A stretch of DNA of 64,000 nucleotides from Acidobacteriota bacterium (GTDB lineage Bacteria > Acidobacteriota > Blastocatellia > RBC074). The notes under the pieces were generated by a model. That model was not told the origin of the DNA, did no database searches, and saw only the letters and a list, made by a program, of their open reading frames with translations. Position 1 is the stretch's first letter. Every line of letters starts with the position of its first letter. This document shows positions 31,601-38,423 of the stretch, in pieces. The stretch spans positions 52,528-116,527 of the forward strand of contig JACPYM010000059.1 in the NCBI GenBank assembly GCA_016196035.1, in the 5' to 3' direction. The translations under genes and the position numbers were made by a program.

Positions 31601-32485
31601 CCGATCAACCTATTCCAGGCCAATCCGTACCTGAGCAGCCTGACCTATCAGGACTCGAACGGCGACAACAACTACAACGCACTGCAAGTTGACGTGAAGC
31701 AGCAATACAGCCACGGCCTGTTGCTGGGCGGCAATTATGTTTGGAGCCACGCGCTGGGCGACATCCAGAACGAAACCGATCAGGCTGCTGGTTACACGTG
31801 GTACACCTACCGCAATGCCCGGCTCAATTACGGCCCGTCGCCGTTTGACCGGCGGCACGTGTTCAACGCCTATTGGTCGTATGACCTGCCGTTCGGCAAG
31901 GGGCGGCGCTTCCTGAGCAACAACGCCTGGCTGGATCGCGCCGTGGGCGGCTGGACGATTGGCGGACGTGAGACCATTGCTTCCGGCGATCCGGTCTTGC
32001 TCAATGGCGGGCGCAACACGGTCAACAACCTGACGCAAGCGGGCGTGGTGTTCGGCGGCGGCTTCACGCCGGAGCAATTGCAGAAGGCGCTGAGCAAGGT
32101 GAAAGGCGGCTTCTCCTCCACGGCGCTGATCTCCGACATTGCGAGCATCGCCACGATCACGCAAACCGCCACCGCCAGCACCAGCGTGGTGAATTCGTCG
32201 TTGTATGCGCCCGCTTCCACGCCGGGGCAATACGCGGGGTTTGTGTACCTGCGCAACAACAACCTCTACACCTTCGACATGAGCATCAATAAAGAGGTGC
32301 GCTTTACCGAACGTTGGCGCTTGACGTTGCGGCTGGTGGCCTTGAACTTCCTGAATCACCCCTACTTTGAAATCGGGAATACCAGCCCGACGGCGACGAC
32401 GTTTGGTCAGATCACCGCGCCGGCGGCCGGTACCAGAAATCAAGGCAACCGCACGATGCAGTTCCGCGCGAGTTTGGATTGGTAG
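28631..32485 (+). CDS. TonB-dependent outer-membrane transporter with CarboxypepD_reg N-domain (paralog of 9514..13419)
   Basis: Signal peptide, 1284 aa, conserved blocks shared with first transporter (e.g. 'DGxNxxSxxFKSGGTxFFAxxPxRxxAxEEVxVxTxGLGAD'). Confidence 0.85.
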   Translation: MKLQLPVRLVAIAIVHAVVLTVLSLTTFAQITTTGIRGIVRDPNGAVVPNATVKATDNATGVEQTTVTSSDGGFIFPALQFGSYKIAVTATGFQNSVIAAVVVESGRTTNISVDLNVGAATDTVQIAASAEQLNTTTAEVGSTINNKLVQNLPYAGRDSLNFAVLIAGSSRSTSDRNSTFNGLPNASLNITLDGMNNNSQRFKSGGTSFFAFAPARIDAIEEVSVSTTGLGADAGGEGAMQIRMTTRRGTEQYHGKILYQGINEALNANTFFRNMASLPRNKARQHNPVGAIGGPLVPFSKRLKNKLFFFAYYEAQPQPFTQTYSTPVLTTAAQQGNFTYLGTDGQERTVNLLDIARVAGHTGTVDPTMMGILGKINSSQSGASGFQAISGVSTKFMQNMLWDQALTTMQAFPTARVDFQIKPSVGWHGTWNLRHSDFTKGSVPYPGSPYDFVGPAGINSHSSATPYIATNAVDWTIRPNITNNANLGIQGTNEYFFIDADPKRFAEYNNRIINTPLVGLYIPNVNTDVRNNPVYQFTDNLNWVKGRHTLTMGGTWLHTTFYSHTWGTAGVPQYNFGVVTADPINNVLRNALTNVNTNNNDIANALNLYALLTGRITSVSVATNADEKTKEYRPFSESMQRYAFTTFGLYFQDSFRMRPSLTLNYGLRWQFDGDVHSGNDLLSQPSGSNFYGPSTGLFQPGVLSSNQNPQFEQVIHPYKRDYMNPAPNFGFAWNPAFENGWLGKVLGERKSVIRGAYSITFYNEGLNSISNSLSGGRGLTQTGTATNGVNFTPGSLELRSPAPAIPVFPAKFGFPIAQNSFSAPVPGNYINPELRSPYVQNWSLGIQRQLTKSTVLELRYVGNKSTHMWHRQNIQEVNIFENGFLNEFVQAKKNLDINIANGRGQTFANNNLAGQAALPILQAAFGALGNQAALTAAQGFGNATFIQNLNQGVAGTLAQSLATSPTNFCRLVGNKVASCVTAGFNVAGAYPINLFQANPYLSSLTYQDSNGDNNYNALQVDVKQQYSHGLLLGGNYVWSHALGDIQNETDQAAGYTWYTYRNARLNYGPSPFDRRHVFNAYWSYDLPFGKGRRFLSNNAWLDRAVGGWTIGGRETIASGDPVLLNGGRNTVNNLTQAGVVFGGGFTPEQLQKALSKVKGGFSSTALISDIASIATITQTATASTSVVNSSLYAPASTPGQYAGFVYLRNNNLYTFDMSINKEVRFTERWRLTLRLVALNFLNHPYFEIGNTSPTATTFGQITAPAAGTRNQGNRTMQFRASLDW

Positions 32486-32490
32486 CTCTA

Positions 32491-32614
32491 CCTGGGTACG
32501 CACCGCTTCCAGCGTGCAGGCTTGGCATAAGACCGGCTGCGGCTGAAAGGAAATCCCTGCGGCCTTCATCCGTCTCTCGCCAAATCTGCACGCTGGAAGC
32601 GCTGCGTACCCAGG
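32491..32614. repeat. Family A palindromic element copy A3
   Basis: cctgggtacgcaccgcttccagcgtgcagg ... ctgcacgctggaagcgctgcgtacccagg directly after transporter stop. Confidence 0.8.
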
Positions 32615-32633
32615 CTGTTCACGAGGACCTTGC

Positions 32634-34337
32634 ATGAACCCGACCCGACCTTGGCCGAAAGCCATCGCAATTGCATTGACCCTTGCCCTTGGCGCGGCCC
32701 TTGCTCATTTCGGCGCTGCTCACTTCACGGGGAACGCACAACAGAATCCTCCGGCACCCATCACGCCACCCGCGATCACCGTTCCACCCGGCGCAGCCAA
32801 AGTCGAACAAACCACACCAGGCGCTTTGCCTGCCGCCACCATTGCTGCCAGCTTTGACGGCCTGGGCGTGGGTTTTAACGGGCCGCAAGGCACCGCCACG
32901 TTGCGCAATCCTTCGGACAACAGTCTGGCCGTTGGGCCGCAGCACATCATGCAAACGGTCAACACACGGATGGCCGTTTTCGACATGCAAGGCAAGGTGC
33001 TTTACGGCCCAGTGCCGAACAACACCGTCTTCAAAGGCTTCGGCGGCGCGTGCGAAGCGATGAATAACGGCGACACCGTGGTGCGGTACGATCAATTGGC
33101 TGGTCGCTGGCTGATCGTGATGCCCACCTTTCGGCGTGGCGCGCCGCGGCCCGACCAACCCGAACCGCCGCGCGCGGGCGAGCCAACGTTGAGCGTGCCC
33201 GGACAGCCCAATCAACCGGGCGCAGCCGCGCCGCTGTTTGTGCCGCCACGGCAAGTCGAACAGCCGCCGCAACCGCGTGGGCAGGCGGGCCAACGTCCGC
33301 CCGAACAAAAGGGCGTCTATTCGATGTGCTATGCGGTCAGCACCAGTTCCGATCCGCTGGGTTCGTATTATCGCTACGAATTCCTGCGCCCGCTCTTTCC
33401 CGATTATCCGCGCCCGGCGGTTTGGCCCGATGGCTATTACACACCGACCAGCACGGGCGATGATGTGATTCAAAAACACACCTGCGTGGCCGAACGCGAC
33501 AAGATGCTCAAAGGCGAACCCGCGCGCGAGCAATGCGTCATCGTGGATGGCGTGAACTTTCTGAACAACGCCGATCTCGACGGCCAGGCGTTGCCGCCCA
33601 AGGGCGCGCCCAACATCGTGCTGGCGGCGGGCGGCACGCAGTTGAAAAAGGTCTTTGAAGACGACGGCATCTATTTCTGGAAGTTCAAAGTGGATTGGCA
33701 AAATCCCGCCAACACCAAACTGAGCGGGCCTGAGAAAATCGCGGTCGCGCCCTATCACTACCTCTGCGACGGACAATTGACCAATTGCGTGCCGCAACCC
33801 GGCACCGAGCGGCGGCTGGATGCGCAAGGCGACAAGCTGATGGCGCGGCTGGTCTATCGCCGCATCGGCAGCCGCGAATCGGTGGTCGCGGTGCATTCGG
33901 TCAACACTGCGGCGGGTGGCGGCGGCGTGCGTTGGTATGAATTCCGCGTGAACAAAGACCGTAGCGTGAAGCTGCATCAACAGGGCACCTACGCGCCCGC
34001 TGGGTTTTTCCGTTGGATGGCCAGCCCGGCCCTGGATCGCTTCGGCAATCTCGGCATTGGGTATTCCTTCGGCGGCACGCCCAATTTTGCCGGGCAGCGC
34101 TTTGCCGGGCGGCGTGCCAATGATCCGCCGGGACAACTGACGCTGCGCGAAACGGTCCTGGTCGAAGGCGCGGCGGCGCAGAATGTCATGCGCTGGGAGG
34201 ATTACACGCAAACCGCCGTTGACCCCAGCGACGATTGCACCGTCTGGTACGTCGGCGATTATCTCAAGCAAGGCGAAACGAATTACTCCACCCGCATCGG
34301 TGCATTCAGAATGCCGGGCTGTAAGGGCAAGCCCTAA
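32634..34337 (+). CDS. Secreted Cys-rich hypothetical protein (567 aa)
   Basis: Signal peptide, Pro-rich linker, many Cys; no family recognised. Confidence 0.5.
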   Translation: MNPTRPWPKAIAIALTLALGAALAHFGAAHFTGNAQQNPPAPITPPAITVPPGAAKVEQTTPGALPAATIAASFDGLGVGFNGPQGTATLRNPSDNSLAVGPQHIMQTVNTRMAVFDMQGKVLYGPVPNNTVFKGFGGACEAMNNGDTVVRYDQLAGRWLIVMPTFRRGAPRPDQPEPPRAGEPTLSVPGQPNQPGAAAPLFVPPRQVEQPPQPRGQAGQRPPEQKGVYSMCYAVSTSSDPLGSYYRYEFLRPLFPDYPRPAVWPDGYYTPTSTGDDVIQKHTCVAERDKMLKGEPAREQCVIVDGVNFLNNADLDGQALPPKGAPNIVLAAGGTQLKKVFEDDGIYFWKFKVDWQNPANTKLSGPEKIAVAPYHYLCDGQLTNCVPQPGTERRLDAQGDKLMARLVYRRIGSRESVVAVHSVNTAAGGGGVRWYEFRVNKDRSVKLHQQGTYAPAGFFRWMASPALDRFGNLGIGYSFGGTPNFAGQRFAGRRANDPPGQLTLRETVLVEGAAAQNVMRWEDYTQTAVDPSDDCTVWYVGDYLKQGETNYSTRIGAFRMPGCKGKP

Positions 34338-34389
34338 TTCCAAGCGCTAAATCAGAGCAATCAAGCTTGGTGCAGAACCGGGAGCGCTA

Positions 34390-34590
34390 GCGACTGGGTG
34401 TGGTCGAGAGTTCTTTCTTTGGTAGTGGCTCAAAGAGGAGAGGTCTGGCCGCAGATCAACGCTGGAAAACGCGGATCAGACCTATTAACCAATTGAATTG
34501 GTCTGCGTTGGTCGGCGTTGATCTGCGGCGTGGCTCTCTCCCCATTGAGCCACTACCCTTTCTTTTAGCGTTTACCCGGTCGCTATACCA
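34390..34590. repeat. ~200-bp imperfect palindrome (MITE-like), centre ccaattgaattgg
   Basis: Blocks ggtagtggctca/tgagccactacc, gccgcagatcaacgc/gcgttgatctgcggc, agcgactggg/cccggtcgct symmetric about 34496. Confidence 0.5.
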
Positions 34591-34627
34591 TACACGGGCA
34601 TAGGTTGAGCTTTTTCGGAGGGCAGAA

Positions 34628-34726
34628 GAGAGATTACGGAACTGACGGAAATAACGGAACAGACAGAAGTCTTTCAGGTTTTCTTTTCCGTGTGTTCCGT
34701 TATTTCCGTCTGTTCCGTAATCTCAA
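34628..34726. repeat. Family C hairpin element copy C2
   Basis: gagattacggaactgacggaaataacggaacagac ... ttccgtgtgttccgttatttccgtctgttccgtaatctc. Confidence 0.7.
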
Positions 34727-34840
34727 AAAAGTCCTGGCTGAAAAGCTCAATCTATGACCGTGCGCGGTATCGCGCTCCCGGTTCTGTACTTGCACTCGTT
34801 TCAAACCTTCAATCACAAACCTGCCAGAAAATTCCCGCCC

Positions 34841-34861
34841 GATGACTTAAGTCACTGCCAA
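34841..34861. promoter_or_regulatory. Candidate operator: GATGACTTAAGTCACTGCCAA (perfect 12-bp palindrome TGACTTAAGTCA) ~90 bp upstream of ric
   Basis: 23-nt stretch identical to 38256..38278 upstream of flavoprotein-Rieske operon. Confidence 0.45.
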
Positions 34862-34940
34862 GCCGTGCCCTGCCGCCTACACTGCACGCATCGTCAAACT
34901 ATCTCAATACTTCTTGGTGAATCACTTGCAGGAGGCATTT

Positions 34941-35714
34941 ATGCAGATCAATACACAGGAAACCGTCGGACAACTGGCCGTGCATCTGCCCAGCGCGCCG
35001 CGCGTCTTTGAGCAATTCGGCATTGATTATTGTTGCGGCGGACAGCAGACGCTCGCCGCAGCGTGCGCGCAACGCCACGTGCCGCTCGACCGCGTGCTCG
35101 ATTCGCTGGCCGAAGCCGCCGAATGGCAGCAACTGGCCGGCGCGCCGCGCGATTGGCGCGGCGCGACGCTGACCGCGTTGCAGCAATTCATCGTGGACAC
35201 GCATCACGTCTTCACGCGGCAGGAATTAGCCCGGCTGGAAAAACTCGCGGCCAAAGTCTATGCCGCGCACGGCAGCCGCCACCCTGAATTGGCGCGCTTG
35301 CAAGAACTGTTTTTGCAACTGAAGGAAGAATTGTTGCCGCACATGCTGAAAGAAGAGCAGGTGCTTTTCCCGTATGTGGCGCGCTTGGAAGAAGCCGCGC
35401 AGGCAGGCCAGCCCGCGCCGCCAGCCTTTTTCGGCACAGTCAATCAGCCGGTGCGGATGATGATGCGCGAACACGACACGGCGGGCGACTTGCTCAAGGC
35501 ATTGCGCCAGACGGCGGGCGATTATGTCGTGCCTGCCGATGCTTGCCCAAGTTTCCGCGCGTTGTATCAGGCTCTGCCCGAACTCGAAGCCGACCTGCAT
35601 CAGCACATTCATTTGGAAAACAATTTGCATTTCCCGCGCGCGGTCGAACTCGAAGCGCAACTCGCACCTGAATTGCAAAGCATGACGCAAGCGTTCCGCT
35701 GTCTGGGGCATTGA
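34941..35714 (+). CDS. ytfE: Iron-sulfur cluster repair di-iron protein (RIC / YtfE / ScdA family)
   Basis: N-terminal ScdA_N 'FGIDYCCGG' motif followed by hemerythrin-like His/Glu-rich repeats; GGAGG RBS. Confidence 0.8.
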   Translation: MQINTQETVGQLAVHLPSAPRVFEQFGIDYCCGGQQTLAAACAQRHVPLDRVLDSLAEAAEWQQLAGAPRDWRGATLTALQQFIVDTHHVFTRQELARLEKLAAKVYAAHGSRHPELARLQELFLQLKEELLPHMLKEEQVLFPYVARLEEAAQAGQPAPPAFFGTVNQPVRMMMREHDTAGDLLKALRQTAGDYVVPADACPSFRALYQALPELEADLHQHIHLENNLHFPRAVELEAQLAPELQSMTQAFRCLGH

Positions 35715-35741
35715 ACGCCAGACAGCGGAATCGAGGTAACT

Positions 35742-36572
35742 ATGGACATCAACGCCGTTCGCACCATCGCGCGGCAAGAGCTGGTCATCAACATCCGCAA
35801 CAAATGGACGTTAATTTTCGCCTGTGTCTTCGGCGGCTTGGTGCTCACCATTTCCTATTTCGGGATGTTGACGGCGGGTGCGATTGGCTTTCAGAGCTTC
35901 GCGCGCACCTCGGCCAGCTTGCTCAATCTGGTGTTGTATATCGTGCCCCTCGTCGCGTTGACGATGGGCACGCTCAGTTTTACCAGCGAGAAAAGCCTGA
36001 GCGAGATGCTCTTTGCCCAACCCGTCACGCGCACCGAAATCCTGTTGGGGAAACTGGCTGGGTTGTTCGCTTCGATTCTGACGGCAACGCTAATCGGTTT
36101 CGGGCTGGCGGGTTTCATCATCGCGTCGAAAGCGGGCACGCAAGGGTTGCTGCGCTATCCGGTGTTCGTCGCGTTGTCGTTGCTGCTGGCCTTGGTCTTT
36201 CTGACGCTGGCGGCGCTGGTGTCGTCGTTGTGCCAGCGCAAGACCAAGGCGTTCGGCGTGGTGATGTTCCTCTGGTTCTTCTTCGTTTTGTTTTATGACC
36301 TGCTGGTGATCGGCGTGACGTTTTTGCTGAAAGAACACGCGGCCAATCAATTTATCTTCGCCTCGCTGTTTGGCAATCCGGTGGACATGGTGCGCGTCGC
36401 CAGCCTGATGGTGCTGGATGGGAAGGAAGTCTTTGGCGCGGCGGGCGCGGCGCTCACCAGGTTTTTGGGTGGTGAAACGGCGAGCCTGTCCTTATTGATC
36501 GGGGGCTTGGTTGTTTGGACAGTCGTGCCGTTTCTGGCCGCGCGGCGTTTGCTGCAACGGCAGGATATTTAA
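35742..36572 (+). CDS. nosY: ABC-2 type permease, NosY-like (nitrous oxide reductase maturation transporter permease)
   Basis: 6-TM ABC-2 permease whose pattern ('IARQEL..IRNKW', 'TEILLGKLAG') matches NosY as I remember it; the only nosY candidate near nosDFL. Confidence 0.65.
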   Translation: MDINAVRTIARQELVINIRNKWTLIFACVFGGLVLTISYFGMLTAGAIGFQSFARTSASLLNLVLYIVPLVALTMGTLSFTSEKSLSEMLFAQPVTRTEILLGKLAGLFASILTATLIGFGLAGFIIASKAGTQGLLRYPVFVALSLLLALVFLTLAALVSSLCQRKTKAFGVVMFLWFFFVLFYDLLVIGVTFLLKEHAANQFIFASLFGNPVDMVRVASLMVLDGKEVFGAAGAALTRFLGGETASLSLLIGGLVVWTVVPFLAARRLLQRQDI

Positions 36573-36665
36573 CGCTGATGTTTTGATGCGCCGCGTCTTT
36601 GGAGCGCGTGCGGCACCGGCTGCCGCTTTGGCATCTCTTTGATCGTTCATACATCAAGGAAATAC

Positions 36666-36840
36666 TAGAGCGGTTTGCAGTTGCGTTTACGGGAGTCAGT
36701 TGACATTGGGACAGTACCGCGCGCGTGAGCAAGTGGCGCGTCAAGCTTGCCCCCTTGGCTGAATTGCCAAAGCGCCGCTTGCTCACGCGCGCGGTACTGT
36801 CCCGCTGCGCGGTTTTCCCGTACACCGTAGTGAAAACCGC
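36666..36840. repeat. Family B element copy B2 (inverted orientation, no tandem expansion)
   Basis: Termini are reverse complements of B1 termini; internal gacagtaccgcgcgcgtgagcaagtgg / ccgcttgctcacgcgcgcggtactgtc inverted arms. Confidence 0.7.
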
Positions 36841-36922
36841 TCTGAAGCGGCAGCCGGTGCCGCACGCACTCCAAAGGCTGCGCCTAGCCGATTTGCCCTC
36901 ATGGAATCGCGGGTAAATAACA

Positions 36923-38113
36923 ATGAAGCGTTGGCATAGCATCCTGGCAATCCTCTTCGTCCCGCTCCTCGTCGCGGGCGGCGGATTGCTAGTGCGGCAT
37001 CTCGCGCGCGAACGCACCGAACGCGGCCATTTCGAGCGTAGCGAAACCGAGTTGATGGTGACCAATCTGGCGCGCGTGCCGGTGCAGTTGTTCAAAGCGG
37101 GCCGTAACTTGGCCGAGGCGCAACTGCTCAATGATTTCGACGGCGCGCGCCGCTGGCTGTCAGGGGGCAATCACTTTCTGAAAGCCAACTTCCCCCACCG
37201 CGAAGTTTTTTATCCTATTCCTCTCATCGGTTATCGGCGCGGCCCCGATGCCGAAGGTGCATTCATCATCACAATTCGTTCGCTGAATGAGATGGAACCG
37301 CCAAGCGCAGCCAACGGGCAACACGGCTGGGCGTTCATCCCGAATGGCAGCTTCCTGTTGGGCGACCGGCAAAACCCGCGCGAGCCGCATTATGTCTGGC
37401 TGCCAGGCTTTTTCATCGGCAAGTTTGAAGTGAGCAATGCCGAATACACCGAGTTTCTACGCGCTCCGCAGGGCTACGCTGACGATGCGCAGTGGACGGA
37501 AGCCGGGCGCGTATGGAAGGCCGCGAATACTTCGCAAAGCAGCGCCTTGCTCAAATCGGTTGCGGCGGAATTCGAACGCTTCGGCCAACCCGATCAGCCG
37601 GTGACGGGGGTAACGTGGTTCGAGGCGCAAGCCTATTGCCGCTGGCTGACCAGTCGCTTTGGCGAACGGAAATGGCTTTACGCGCTGCCTTCAGAAGCCG
37701 AATGGGAAAAGGCTGCACGCGGGCCAGATGGTTTTGATTTTGCGCTTAGCCAGACGCTCAGCGATCAAGAGGTACAGCTTTACAATTGGAGGAAGAACCC
37801 CGACGCGCCCGTCACAGTCGTCGGAGCAGCCGAAACGCCCGCGCTTTATCTACCAAACCGCTTCGGCATTTTTCACCTCGGCGGCAATGTCGTCGAGTGG
37901 ACGAGTTCGATCACCAACCCCTTTAATCGCGAACATCTTTACCTCGATGAAGAGCGCAACCGCCTCGAAGGCGGTGAAGAGCGCGTGGCGCGTGGCGGTT
38001 CGTGGTATAGCGCGAGCATCGCCTTGCTGGGTGTGGCCTATCGCGACTCGTTTCGGCCTGAGATCACGCATCACGATTTGGGCTTTCGCATCGTGGCGCG
38101 ACCGCTGCCCTAA
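36923..38113 (+). CDS. FGE-sulfatase (SUMF1/formylglycine-generating enzyme) domain protein with N-terminal membrane anchor; NirV-like
   Basis: 'GVTWFEAQAYCRWL', 'LPSEAEWEKAARG', 'RGGSWYS' FGE-domain motifs. Confidence 0.75.
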   Translation: MKRWHSILAILFVPLLVAGGGLLVRHLARERTERGHFERSETELMVTNLARVPVQLFKAGRNLAEAQLLNDFDGARRWLSGGNHFLKANFPHREVFYPIPLIGYRRGPDAEGAFIITIRSLNEMEPPSAANGQHGWAFIPNGSFLLGDRQNPREPHYVWLPGFFIGKFEVSNAEYTEFLRAPQGYADDAQWTEAGRVWKAANTSQSSALLKSVAAEFERFGQPDQPVTGVTWFEAQAYCRWLTSRFGERKWLYALPSEAEWEKAARGPDGFDFALSQTLSDQEVQLYNWRKNPDAPVTVVGAAETPALYLPNRFGIFHLGGNVVEWTSSITNPFNREHLYLDEERNRLEGGEERVARGGSWYSASIALLGVAYRDSFRPEITHHDLGFRIVARPLP

Positions 38114-38257
38114 CCTGGGAGCGCAGGCATCCCGCCTGCCGTCAAACAAAGCCGCGTAGCATCCTTATCTTGACGAAAAGGGTAAGGATGCTGCGCGCTT
38201 TTCTTATTTGCAGGCGGGACGCCTGCGCCCCCAGGAAATGCAAATAAATTTCGCACC

Positions 38258-38278
38258 GATGACTTAAGTCACTGCCAA
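38258..38278. promoter_or_regulatory. Candidate operator copy 2: GATGACTTAAGTCACTGCCAA ~150 bp upstream of flavoprotein gene
   Basis: Identical to 34841..34861. Confidence 0.45.
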
Positions 38279-38423
38279 CCGCCGCCCACCCGCGTAATTT
38301 ACGCTTTGACCAAGACCAACAATCCGGTCAGTTCCCTTCGACCCACTCGCGGAAGTCAGTGCGAGCCGAGCCGAATTTACGCAATCCAGGTAGCCCGAAA
38401 TTGGGCGGTTTGAGGCTGGCGCT

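Noticed and set aside
29780-34343. Minus-strand ORFs (268, 351, 574 aa) across second transporter and downstream gene
   Set aside because: Antisense shadows. The 351-aa ORF also reads through the family A repeat.
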